DNA of 64,000 nt. Source: a virus. Shown one piece after another: positions 54,951 through 63,779 of the stretch. How positions within the stretch are numbered: the first letter of the stretch is position 1; each line of letters opens with the position of its first letter. The position numbers and the translations under genes were made by a program. The stretch is from positions 32,001-96,000 of the IMG/VR virus record IMGVR_UViG_3300027741_000022. The stretch is one strand, 5' to 3'. The notes below the pieces were generated by a model. That model was not told the DNA's origin. It did not search any database and saw only the letters and a list, made by a program, of their open reading frames with translations.

Positions 54951-55155
54951 AGCGTTGCTTCAATCGTTTGAAAAAACTGTTTATTATGTCGCGGAAGATA
55001 AAGATGGTCCGTACATAACAAAAAATGAAGAGCCAAGTAAAAATGATACTTTGCTCTTTACATCTGAAAATTTATTTGTTGCCGAGTGTTTTCTTTGCAA
55101 GTGTTGTGAAAATTGGTTTGATGGAGAAGAAGATAGTGATAATGATGATGAATGA
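54940..55155 (+). CDS. Hypothetical protein
   Basis: ORF track, internal ATG. Confidence 0.55.
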   Translation: MNNKALLQSFEKTVYYVAEDKDGPYITKNEEPSKNDTLLFTSENLFVAECFLCKCCENWFDGEEDSDNDDE

Positions 55156-55783
55156 TTCAAACATCACTTTTGATATCAATAGCTTTAGCAGAGACAAAAT
55201 AAGTTTGTTGAAGTTCTTGTATTCACTTAAATACAAGGGTTTATTTAAAAGAACCAGAGAGCTAGATATTTTCTTTTCTCAACAGCCATCTTTGGCATAT
55301 AAGTACACTAGAAATATAATTGTTGAAAAAGAGTGGTCACCAGCCGGATTAAACCCTGGCAGATGGACATATATTAATGTTGACAAAAATAGACTTGATC
55401 CCGATCAAGAAAAAGTATTTTTAAAGAACATTAAGTTTGGAATAGCATATCTTGAAATAACTCAGCAAAAAAAGTTTAGAGACGAAAAATTACATAAAAA
55501 ATTTGAGAAAAAAGTTTATAAAGACTCTGGGGCTTCTTTTGATTACGCAACAAGAGTTTTATATGAAAGAATCCCCGAAGAAAAAGAAATTATTTTTCTT
55601 GACAATTATTATGTAATGTATCATTATGCCATGATTGTTATTAAAGGAAAGTTCCCGGACAAAATTCACAATCAAATTCATCTAAGAAGTTTTGAAAAAA
55701 ATGTTTGGAGATTTGATTGCTTGCAGGCTTACTTAAAGCAAGATTCGTCACTCCTAGATAAAAATTATAGTTATTACAGATAA
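55148..55783 (+). CDS. Helical ~27-aa repeat protein
   Basis: DSGASFDYATRVLYERIPEEKE / YHYAMIVIKGKFPDKI units. Confidence 0.6.
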   Translation: MNDSNITFDINSFSRDKISLLKFLYSLKYKGLFKRTRELDIFFSQQPSLAYKYTRNIIVEKEWSPAGLNPGRWTYINVDKNRLDPDQEKVFLKNIKFGIAYLEITQQKKFRDEKLHKKFEKKVYKDSGASFDYATRVLYERIPEEKEIIFLDNYYVMYHYAMIVIKGKFPDKIHNQIHLRSFEKNVWRFDCLQAYLKQDSSLLDKNYSYYR

Positions 55784-56241
55784 TGTTTGAAATAATTAGA
55801 CTGGAAGATAAAACAAAACAGTCTATACACCATAAAATCTTATCCGGAATTCCAGTTCGCAGGGGATTTCGTAAAAAAACATTTTGTGAAAAAGAATATG
55901 CTTCTGACCCAGGTGATTTTGGAAGAGGAATATACTACGATACTAACTACTATAGGGCAAAAACCTATGGAGAGGTCATTAAAAGTATTCTTAAATTGAC
56001 TAATCCAATTGTTCTATCGAGTGGTGAAGCATATGAAATTGCCGAAAAATTTCAAACTGTCAGACTAAATGATGATTGGTATACACAAAATAATTCTCAA
56101 GACTCCATGCGAGCAAGATTGAATAATGCTCAAAAAATGACAGAATTCTTTCTTAATCAAGGATATGATGGTCTTGCGTCTGTAAACACCAGAATGGGTT
56201 CAATAGAAATAGTTGATTATAGACCTTATATCGAAGGTTAG
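55783..56241 (+). CDS. Possible ADP-ribosyltransferase-fold (PolyVal-like) protein
   Basis: FGRGIYY...A..YG......L.L.NP....GYDG...EIV. Confidence 0.45.
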   Translation: MFEIIRLEDKTKQSIHHKILSGIPVRRGFRKKTFCEKEYASDPGDFGRGIYYDTNYYRAKTYGEVIKSILKLTNPIVLSSGEAYEIAEKFQTVRLNDDWYTQNNSQDSMRARLNNAQKMTEFFLNQGYDGLASVNTRMGSIEIVDYRPYIEG

Positions 56242-56243
56242 AA

Positions 56244-56261
56244 GTTTCCTCCCGGTACGCT
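56244..56261 (+). promoter_or_regulatory. Dispersed 18-bp motif, copy 16
   Basis: GTTTCCTCCCGGTACGCT. Confidence 0.8.
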
Positions 56262-56301
56262 TCTTGTGCGAGAGGATTTCTCATTATCTCAGGAGTATAA
56301 A

Positions 56302-56985
56302 ATGATTAAAATCAACGATACATTCAGATCAGCTTACGCCGATAGCAACGCTCTTTGGAAGGTAATTAAGAAGAAGAGTAGCGACGTTTATCTTTGCGAA
56401 ATTGTAAACGAACCTGTTGAGTATGATGGTAAGGTTTTTGATGGTGATTATGCTGGTACTCAGAAGGTTTTTCTGGCTCAAGAAGTTGAGAGATCAATCA
56501 ATTTTGAAAGAGTTTTCGATAAGATTCGTCAAAATCATGATGAATATTATGATTCTTTAGTTGAGGGTCAAATTGTCCATTATCACAATGGATTTGGCGA
56601 GTATGTAAGGTGTAGGATTAATCAAGATAAAAAATTGGTTGCTTTTGCTTTGGTGGGCAATTGGAGAATCCATGACTTGCCAAAGCGTCTGGCTGATGGT
56701 AAAATTCATTTGTCTTATTACTGCAAGATGATAATGAATCAAGAGCCATTTAAGCCCAATGCTTCTAATATATTTGAATTCCCTGGATTCTCAGATAAAA
56801 ATAATTTCAGTCCAATCAATGCCTCAGAAGTAGACATTAGTATTCCCGAGCAAACCAAGGAAGAAAAGCACACAAGCAGTCTTTGGGTTACTTTAAACGA
56901 AATTCAAAAGGAAATCTCGGATAACATTAGTCAAGATCCGAATGTTATTTTGGGGAAAATCAAGAAAATTATTTCAAGGAGTTGA
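56302..56985 (+). CDS. Hypothetical protein
   Basis: ATG after the SD AGGAG. Confidence 0.65.
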   Translation: MIKINDTFRSAYADSNALWKVIKKKSSDVYLCEIVNEPVEYDGKVFDGDYAGTQKVFLAQEVERSINFERVFDKIRQNHDEYYDSLVEGQIVHYHNGFGEYVRCRINQDKKLVAFALVGNWRIHDLPKRLADGKIHLSYYCKMIMNQEPFKPNASNIFEFPGFSDKNNFSPINASEVDISIPEQTKEEKHTSSLWVTLNEIQKEISDNISQDPNVILGKIKKIISRS

Positions 56986-57725
56986 AAATGATTGAATGTA
57001 TCAAAAGTGCAGAAATTAGAGACGCACTCAATAGTGAGTCCCACAGCAAGAATACAAACTTGCTAAGAGATTTATTTACAGAAATTCCAACTCTGAAAAG
57101 TGTTGGCTTTTGCAAATACAATGAATATAATGATAATAATTATTCTGATTATTTCAAAATTACTTCAATAAATGGAGTAATTTTTGATCGTGATGACTGT
57201 TATGTCGATGAAGAAGGCAATGAAACAAAAGATTTGCCCAAAGAGATGCCAGATAGGAACTATGAAGTTCCATTCATCATCAAAACGCTAGAAAGCTTAT
57301 CAGAAGAATATGGTTATGACGATTATCTGGAAACAAGAGAATCTGTTTTAAGCAAACCCAGGAAAAAAGAAAATAAAGATAAAGCTTTCAATGCTTATTA
57401 TATCTCTTTAAAGACTGGTGAAAAAGTAAATGATTTATCTGTATTTAAAAACAATCCCAATTGGGCTCTTTATTATTCTATGGATGTTTTAAAAGACAGG
57501 CTTCCAAGGGAGATAGAGAGTGTTTTTAAGAAAGATATTAGATTTGCTTATTATTACGCAAAAAATGTCATAAAGGGTAGCCTTCCCGAAATGATTGAAA
57601 AGTATTTTCTTCAAAAAGCAAAAAATATTTTGCTTGAGACCTTTGATAAAGATGGTTATGTGAATCCCGAGGACAAATATTACCTTCGAAAATACGTAGA
57701 GTTTACTAACGGGAGCAAAAAGTAA
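56982..57725 (+). CDS. Two-domain protein with C-terminal ~27-aa helical repeats
   Basis: NPNWALYYSMDVLKDRLPREIE / DIRFAYYYAKNVIKGSLPEMIE. Confidence 0.65.
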   Translation: MKMIECIKSAEIRDALNSESHSKNTNLLRDLFTEIPTLKSVGFCKYNEYNDNNYSDYFKITSINGVIFDRDDCYVDEEGNETKDLPKEMPDRNYEVPFIIKTLESLSEEYGYDDYLETRESVLSKPRKKENKDKAFNAYYISLKTGEKVNDLSVFKNNPNWALYYSMDVLKDRLPREIESVFKKDIRFAYYYAKNVIKGSLPEMIEKYFLQKAKNILLETFDKDGYVNPEDKYYLRKYVEFTNGSKK

Positions 57726-57892
57726 TGAAGAATTTTTTGATTTTTTCTGTTGTAGTTCTTGCAATTGTGTCTATGGGCTTTTCTAAAAAGACATACAAGT
57801 ACGTTTGTCCTAAGTGCAAGCTAGTTCAAGAGTATGAAAACATTGGAACAAAAAAGTGTCCCAATGATGGAAGAACCATGATTAGGAAGTAA
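57725..57892 (+). CDS. Small secreted zinc-ribbon-like protein
   Basis: Hand-found 55-aa ORF: signal peptide, then CPKC...CPND. Confidence 0.55.
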   Translation: MKNFLIFSVVVLAIVSMGFSKKTYKYVCPKCKLVQEYENIGTKKCPNDGRTMIRK

Positions 57893-57893
57893 G

Positions 57894-58415
57894 ATGGAAA
57901 TTCGACATAAATATTTATCTAAAACAAGATTCCCAGAAATTGTAGTTAGGGAATACGATTTTGATAAATTCTGTGCTAAGTATAGAATTTTCAGCAATAT
58001 TGTTTCTGAGATGAAGAATATAATTAGCTCTGGTTTTAAGAACTATCTTGTTAATATTGTGTCTGCCAATTATAAGGCTGGCGAAAGAACCTGTTCGGAC
58101 ACTCGATACCATGTAGATGGAGAGTTTAATAGCGGCAATGAGTATTGCATATGGTGCAGTGGCGTAAACAGAACAATTTTTCCAAGTGAAACAATTGAAC
58201 TTCAGGACTTTCCAGCCGACAGAAATTCCCAGAATGTTTTTCTTGAAAGAGCTTTGAAAGGTAAAAAGTCTTCTGAAATCCCTAATCAAACTTTTGTTCA
58301 TTATTCAAGCAAAGATCCACACAAGGGCGTAAATTGTAAAAAGTCAGGCAGGCGTGTTTTTATTCGTTTGATGGGAACAAATTACATTGGTGCAAAAAAT
58401 TATGCAAAAATCTAA
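57894..58415 (+). CDS. 2OG-Fe(II) dioxygenase-like protein
   Basis: YHVDG (HxD), distal H.G and RVFIR. Confidence 0.55.
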   Translation: MEIRHKYLSKTRFPEIVVREYDFDKFCAKYRIFSNIVSEMKNIISSGFKNYLVNIVSANYKAGERTCSDTRYHVDGEFNSGNEYCIWCSGVNRTIFPSETIELQDFPADRNSQNVFLERALKGKKSSEIPNQTFVHYSSKDPHKGVNCKKSGRRVFIRLMGTNYIGAKNYAKI

Positions 58416-59025
58416 ACCTATGTCTGTTTATTCTTATAAACAACACACAATAAACATATACTACGATAAAAACCCAGAAAATAACCCAAGGTCAAATGAT
58501 AATCTTGGAACTATTCTCTACGGAGATAATGAAGAATATCATGAACTTTGTAACTGGGGTGATGCAGTTGCAGATTGGGATGAGATAGAAGAAATAGAAA
58601 AAAATGACAGTTGCATATACACCCCAGTTTATGGTGCTGTAACAATGAATGGAATTGTTTTAAGTGCAAATCCTATTGGTGGTTTTGGCAAAAGTGGAAA
58701 ATGCGGAATAATTCACAACACAAAACGCAACCTTGATTTGATGAAGAGTTCTTACCACTCTTTCCAGAAAGATAGCAAATCTTTGCTCAGTAGTTTTTCT
58801 GATTATGATTGGGCTATCTCTGTTTTCAAAAAAGAAATACGAGTGTTTAGCGACTTCCTTGAAGGAAGAGTTTATGGCTATGAAACAGAAAATACTGCTG
58901 GGGAAGTTTTGGACAGTTGCTGGGGTTATATTGGAGTGGATATAAAAGAAATATACGAGGAAGCAAAAGAGATAATCGACAAGTGCTACTCTGAAAACGA
59001 AGAGCCTATTGAACAGCTTTATTGA
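58402..59025 (+). CDS. Conserved phage hypothetical protein
   Basis: D..PENPR..DNLG...L.GRVYGY...DSCWGYIG. Confidence 0.65.
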   Translation: MQKSKPMSVYSYKQHTINIYYDKNPENNPRSNDNLGTILYGDNEEYHELCNWGDAVADWDEIEEIEKNDSCIYTPVYGAVTMNGIVLSANPIGGFGKSGKCGIIHNTKRNLDLMKSSYHSFQKDSKSLLSSFSDYDWAISVFKKEIRVFSDFLEGRVYGYETENTAGEVLDSCWGYIGVDIKEIYEEAKEIIDKCYSENEEPIEQLY

Positions 59026-59029
59026 CGGA

Positions 59030-59057
59030 TTGACAAGAAGTTTCCTCGCGGTACGCT
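59030..59057 (+). promoter_or_regulatory. Dispersed 18-bp motif, copy 17, with a consensus -35
   Basis: TTGACA-N16-TACGCT; motif GTTTCCTCGCGGTACGCT at 59040-59057. Confidence 0.8.
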
Positions 59058-59110
59058 GTGGTGTTGTAGGACGGACGGATAGACAAAAATACTTATACAG
59101 GAGATATAAA

Positions 59111-59779
59111 ATGGGTTTTGCTGATGAAATTCCTTCGGACGATGCTGGCGATTCTAAGAAGAAGAGCAAGCCGAAGGAGCAGGTTTACTTTAGTGATACC
59201 GACGCTGGTGGTATGAATCTTTTTGATAAGGTTTCCGCTTTTAAGCACGCTATCAAGATTATTGAGGGCGAGCTGGATATTGCGGAAACTGATCTCAAGG
59301 CTGCACTTCGGCAGCGTTTTGCTCAAGAAGGCGTGAGGACTCATACCAAGCCCGAAAGCATTGAGGCTCAAGGTGATGTTGCCTCCTCCACAATTAGCTT
59401 CAAGAAGGGCATCAGCGTTCTTGATAAGAAGACTCAGACCGATTTTAAGAACCTTGGCGTCAACTTCAGTGTTGTTGAAAAGGTTGAAATCAAGAAGGCT
59501 GTTCTTCAAGATCAGTCTAAGGTCGATCAGCTCATTGATCTGATTAAGTCAGCTGGTCTAAAGGTCAGCGATTACTTTGATCGAACCGAGAAGATTGTTC
59601 CGAGTGATCGGACTACCTCCGATATTCTTGATAATGTCAAGGATGTCAGTAAGGTTGTAGAGTATTTCGAGAAGGTTAGCACTATTGCTATCGGAACTCC
59701 GCATTTCGACGGAGATAGCATTAAGGCTAAGAAGAAGATTGTGAGCATTCTTAATGCCACTGGAATCTTCCAGGTCTAA
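59111..59779 (+). CDS. Hypothetical protein, probably highly expressed
   Basis: SD AGGAG; strong AAG/GCT/CTT codon use; own terminator. Confidence 0.7.
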   Translation: MGFADEIPSDDAGDSKKKSKPKEQVYFSDTDAGGMNLFDKVSAFKHAIKIIEGELDIAETDLKAALRQRFAQEGVRTHTKPESIEAQGDVASSTISFKKGISVLDKKTQTDFKNLGVNFSVVEKVEIKKAVLQDQSKVDQLIDLIKSAGLKVSDYFDRTEKIVPSDRTTSDILDNVKDVSKVVEYFEKVSTIAIGTPHFDGDSIKAKKKIVSILNATGIFQV

Positions 59780-59800
59780 GTCGCCCTCTTAAGTGTTTTT

Positions 59801-59836
59801 ACAGGGAGGGTGGAATTTCCACCCTCCCTGTTTTTG
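59801..59836 (+). terminator. Rho-independent terminator
   Basis: 14-bp stem ACAGGGAGGGTGGA/TCCACCCTCCCTGT plus a T-tract. Confidence 0.85.
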
Positions 59837-59930
59837 TTTAGGGATATGTTATGAACGAGAATGAATATTATGATTGGCTTGCAGAATTAGCCGGAACACA
59901 AGAAACACCAGAGGATTATAAGGTTTAACA

Positions 59931-60203
59931 ATGGATGATATCGACATAATTAATCTCCAGTATTTTGATCCGCAGGGAAGAATTTCTTCTGCTTATGTAG
60001 TTAGAACTTGGTTCTCAATGTATCCTAATAACAGCTATTCTGAAGAAGATTTTGTGGATGGTCTTTATTGTGCAAGAAATAAGGAAGATGCTTTCAAGCA
60101 AATGTTTGAAGATTTTGCTAAGAGTTGCCCCGAAAGGAAGATTGAAAAGTTTGAACTATTGAGAATTAATGGTGGAATTGAAAATCGAAAGCCAATGGTG
60201 TAA
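59931..60203 (+). CDS. Hypothetical protein
   Basis: ORF track. Confidence 0.55.
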   Translation: MDDIDIINLQYFDPQGRISSAYVVRTWFSMYPNNSYSEEDFVDGLYCARNKEDAFKQMFEDFAKSCPERKIEKFELLRINGGIENRKPMV

Positions 60204-60789
60204 TATGAAAAATATTCCTGTAGGATCTGTTGTTAAAGGCTTTACAAAGCTCGGAAGTCAAACAAAAGAAAAATGGACAAGGGGAACTTATATTGGCAAC
60301 AATAAGGTGGAGTTTTGGACAGGTGTTGTAGTAACTCTGCCGGACGACAAGATCAAAGAGTATAAAAGGTTTGAGCGAATTGGTAAGGAATATCCAGAGC
60401 AAAGTGATTTTGTAAATAAAAATTGGAATAAACTCAAAGAAGATGTAAAAGAAAGCGTAAGTAAATTTTTTCCTCAAGTTAAACTTGAAATAGACGAAGA
60501 AGATTATGTTATTTATGCTCTTGAAAATTCAGTTAGTATTTGTCCTGCTATTATTGAGCGGGAAAGTATTTTTGCTTTTACAGAAACTTCCACTTGGCAG
60601 GTTTGCGTAGAGATAAATTATCCGTCTACACGTTGGGAGCCAAGCACAAGTGAGTTATCAGAAATCAGCGAGTCTCCAAACACTATAACAGCATCTAGAA
60701 TGTTCCTAGATGCTGTTTGGAAATACTCTACAGAAGATTATTGGCAGAACAAATATGATGATGAATTGGCAAAGGAGTTTGTTGATTAA
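60169..60789 (+). CDS. Hypothetical protein
   Basis: ORF track. Confidence 0.6.
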   Translation: MVELKIESQWCNMKNIPVGSVVKGFTKLGSQTKEKWTRGTYIGNNKVEFWTGVVVTLPDDKIKEYKRFERIGKEYPEQSDFVNKNWNKLKEDVKESVSKFFPQVKLEIDEEDYVIYALENSVSICPAIIERESIFAFTETSTWQVCVEINYPSTRWEPSTSELSEISESPNTITASRMFLDAVWKYSTEDYWQNKYDDELAKEFVD

Positions 60790-60839
60790 TAATACCTAAA
60801 AAGAAGTAGAAGAATGGCAAGCAATATAATATATATTGT

Positions 60840-61073
60840 ATGCCTAAATTTTATGTAAAACACAAAGATTTAACACTTCTCACAGATGAAATTAATTCAG
60901 AAAACGCAGCAGCTAGAATGATGCTTTTGCTTGAAGAGTTGAATACAAAAAGCTTAATTTATGTAGATGAACGAGGATACAGGACAAAAACTGCTGCATA
61001 CAAGTATAGTATTGTTAAAACAATTAGCAGGCACTCAAACAAGCCTGTTTGGTATTTGAAAATCAAAAAATAA
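60840..61073 (+). CDS. Hypothetical protein
   Basis: ATG 4 nt after TATATA. Confidence 0.55.
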   Translation: MPKFYVKHKDLTLLTDEINSENAAARMMLLLEELNTKSLIYVDERGYRTKTAAYKYSIVKTISRHSNKPVWYLKIKK

Positions 61074-61157
61074 TGCTGTTTCTTTTGAGGCTCTATACAA
61101 AGAGGTCAGCAGCAGATACAATACGTCGGTATTTTTCCGATCCTTCAAGGAAGAAGA

Positions 61158-61619
61158 TTGTTTATGAAAGAAATGAATCCAGAGCTAGTTGAATCACTGG
61201 CTTATCTGGAAGAAAAACAACAACGATCTAAATCTTTGGTTGTTTGGGATACACCAACACCAATTATTGATTTTGGATCTTTTGAGTGGGAAGTTCCTTT
61301 TCTCACTGTTTGGCTTGACGATGTAAGACCAATGCCAAAAGATTTTGATGTTCATGTGACAAACGCACATGATGCAATAGAAATACTTAAAAAAAATAGA
61401 GTTAGACTTATCAGTCTTGATCATGATTTGGGTGAAGATACTCAAACAGGATATGATGTCGCAAAGTTTATTGAAAAACAGGCTTACGAATACTCAATAG
61501 ACAATAAAAATGGTTTGAAGCCCATCGAAATTAGGGTTCATTCCTCAAATCCTGCTGGTGTTAAAAATATTTTGATGTGCATTGAAAACGCATATGATTT
61601 TTGGGATACGGAGGCTTAA
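61158..61619 (+). CDS. Cyclic-phosphate-processing receiver-domain protein
   Basis: WLDDVRPMP...ISLDHDLG...GYDVAKFIE...HSSNPAG. Confidence 0.75.
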   Translation: MFMKEMNPELVESLAYLEEKQQRSKSLVVWDTPTPIIDFGSFEWEVPFLTVWLDDVRPMPKDFDVHVTNAHDAIEILKKNRVRLISLDHDLGEDTQTGYDVAKFIEKQAYEYSIDNKNGLKPIEIRVHSSNPAGVKNILMCIENAYDFWDTEA

Positions 61620-61796
61620 ATGATTATTTCTCTTAACAAGGACATTAATTGTGAGCTGGTCTGTAGAATTGTTAAAGAATTAATTCAAAAGAATGTTAAA
61701 TCAAAAGAACAAGCTAGTAATATGGCTTTGTCTATTACAATTGTTGAAATAAAAGATGCAGAAGAAAATGCTACTCTTGCTATAGAGCAAAAATAA
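61620..61796 (+). CDS. Small hypothetical protein
   Basis: Hand-found 58-aa ORF abutting the upstream stop; SD GGAGG. Confidence 0.55.
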   Translation: MIISLNKDINCELVCRIVKELIQKNVKSKEQASNMALSITIVEIKDAEENATLAIEQK

Positions 61797-61828
61797 TTAA
61801 ATAGTCTATCATTCAAACGAGGGATCGT

Positions 61829-63016
61829 ATGAACAAGATTTCGAAGAAAAGGAAGACTCTTCTTGAAAAGACAATCAAACTAACAGAGATAGAAGATCAA
61901 TATAAGCTTCTTCCTGCAAAAGCTAAAGAGATTGTAAGCGCCTTTAGTTGGCCACAAATATCAATCAATATTGATCAAGCCAAAAACTTTTCAGAAATAA
62001 AGATTGTTGAACAAAATATAAAAAATGCTCTATCGAACAAAAAAATAGTTATTAAGAATGGTGAAATGCCATTGTCTGAGGTTTATTGGATTTTTGGTCT
62101 TAACAACATATTTAAATCATTAAAGGCAGAATCTTCAATCAATATTGGCATTCTGAAAAGAGAGAAGATAACAAAGAATTTAGATTTTTATACAAATCTA
62201 TATGATGTTTCGAGTAATCTTTCTGATGCCATAAGTGATACTCTTGCCGAAATACACATTGAATATTTTCAAGAAGTATTTGAAGTAATCTTGCAAGAAG
62301 TATTTAAGCACTTCCACTTTGATAGAGATGGTATCTATCCTTGTTTTGAATTCTGTGAAACTGCAGGGCGTAAAAGATATCCTCAAGTAACTATCAAGAA
62401 GCTTTCACCTACCAAAAGAGTTTTCTCAATAGATGGCAAATCCAGGGCTGCATATTGTTGCCATCATTTTAATCATTACGATTCTTTTCCCATAACAATA
62501 AAAGAAAATACAGTAAATAATATCAAGCCTGCTGCTGTTTACATCCAAGACCATGCAATAAACAGGATGATTGAAAGGCTTAAAATAACGCCCTCTGGAT
62601 ATATGTTTGAAGGCGTAGCCAGATCTTTAATTGATCCTGTTGTTTCGGGCAGAGATGGCGAATCTTACTTGATTGACTATTATTATGCAAATAAGAAAAT
62701 GGGTTATTTGGTAGTACGCCCAGTCGAAGACATTCTTTTGATAAGAAGCTTTAAGTTTATTACAATGAGTGGAACCCCTGAGTTCTATAGACTAAAGCGT
62801 GAATTGGGGGGAGATAGGCACGATTTTGAATACCTTGGGTTGGACACTGTAGACGGTCTAATAAATTCAGATCTTCACAAAGATTCAAAACTAAGGCGAA
62901 TATTCAAAAATTGTGGTCTTTCACACTTGTTTGAGTTTTCCAAAAATGTAAAATTTGATAATCCAAGATCTTTGATTGCGGAAGAAATCAAAAAATATTT
63001 CCAAATTGATAAATAG
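61829..63016 (+). CDS. Hypothetical protein
   Basis: Long ORF, SD GAGGG; contains DHAINRMIERL. Confidence 0.65.
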   Translation: MNKISKKRKTLLEKTIKLTEIEDQYKLLPAKAKEIVSAFSWPQISINIDQAKNFSEIKIVEQNIKNALSNKKIVIKNGEMPLSEVYWIFGLNNIFKSLKAESSINIGILKREKITKNLDFYTNLYDVSSNLSDAISDTLAEIHIEYFQEVFEVILQEVFKHFHFDRDGIYPCFEFCETAGRKRYPQVTIKKLSPTKRVFSIDGKSRAAYCCHHFNHYDSFPITIKENTVNNIKPAAVYIQDHAINRMIERLKITPSGYMFEGVARSLIDPVVSGRDGESYLIDYYYANKKMGYLVVRPVEDILLIRSFKFITMSGTPEFYRLKRELGGDRHDFEYLGLDTVDGLINSDLHKDSKLRRIFKNCGLSHLFEFSKNVKFDNPRSLIAEEIKKYFQIDK

Positions 63017-63167
63017 TAACGTGAACGCCAATCCTTACACCGACAATAAAGTTATACAAGGCATGATTAAAGATCACAAAGAGCTAGAGCGTAAATGTAA
63101 GTTTTGCAAAGTAAAAACTAACAAAGAAGTTTGCAAAGACTGTAGTAGAATCAATCCAAAAGCATAG
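62976..63167 (+). CDS. Small CxxC...CxxC protein
   Basis: CKFC...CKDC; start uncertain. Confidence 0.4.
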   Translation: MRKKSKNISKLINSNVNANPYTDNKVIQGMIKDHKELERKCKFCKVKTNKEVCKDCSRINPKA

Positions 63168-63172
63168 CACTT

Positions 63173-63535
63173 ATGATCAAAGTCAGATTCAATTTAGGTC
63201 GCGGGGGATACTATCGACATTGGCAGGTAACAAAGTTTCCCAATGTAGATTATTTTGACCCAAGCAAGTACAGCTTGATACTAACTAGTTGCCGGCTTAA
63301 AAATGTTCGCAACGTTGCCGACAAAATCTTTAACGGACAAAACAAAGATGTTTGTAGCTGGGTGATTTGTTACGAAGCTATAGTTACTCAAGCAACACCA
63401 GAAGTAAATCCAGAAAACGAGATAGCCTATAATCCAAAGGTTAATCCCTTTTGGACAGACCACCTTGGCAACAACATTGATGGATCAAGCTATGAAAAAA
63501 TAGTCAGTGTGGGAAAAAGGCTTTACCGCATCTGA
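63173..63535 (+). CDS. Conserved phage hypothetical protein
   Basis: KVRFNLGRG..Y.HWQV...YNP...PFW. Confidence 0.65.
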   Translation: MIKVRFNLGRGGYYRHWQVTKFPNVDYFDPSKYSLILTSCRLKNVRNVADKIFNGQNKDVCSWVICYEAIVTQATPEVNPENEIAYNPKVNPFWTDHLGNNIDGSSYEKIVSVGKRLYRI

Positions 63536-63732
63536 CCGTTTGCCACCATATCTTCCATGATATAAAATGCTTTTTCACATCTTAAATCGTTAAGCTTTTT
63601 GATGCCCAAAAGAGTATCGGCAATTTCATCAGGACTCATTCCGGAATTTAAAATCTTTTCACATAAAATATCAATGTCTTCTGATGTTTGAAAACACTGA
63701 GTTATCGCTTGCTCTAAATCAAATCTATTCAT
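63523..63732 (-). CDS. Conserved phage hypothetical protein
   Basis: MNRFDLEQAI..C.....DI... after the SD AAGGAGA. Confidence 0.7.
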   Translation of the reverse strand: MNRFDLEQAITQCFQTSEDIDILCEKILNSGMSPDEIADTLLGIKKLNDLRCEKAFYIMEDMVANGQMR

Positions 63733-63779
63733 GGCTTTCTCCTTAAGAATCATTTTAATACAAACAAGAAGCAAAATCA

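Noticed and set aside
5446-59057. The 18-bp dispersed repeat as a CRISPR array or integron attC cassette array
   Set aside because: Spacing is irregular (tens of bp to about 7 kb), there are no cas or integrase genes, the motif is not palindromic and has no attC R/L boxes, and its fixed position before starts fits a promoter.
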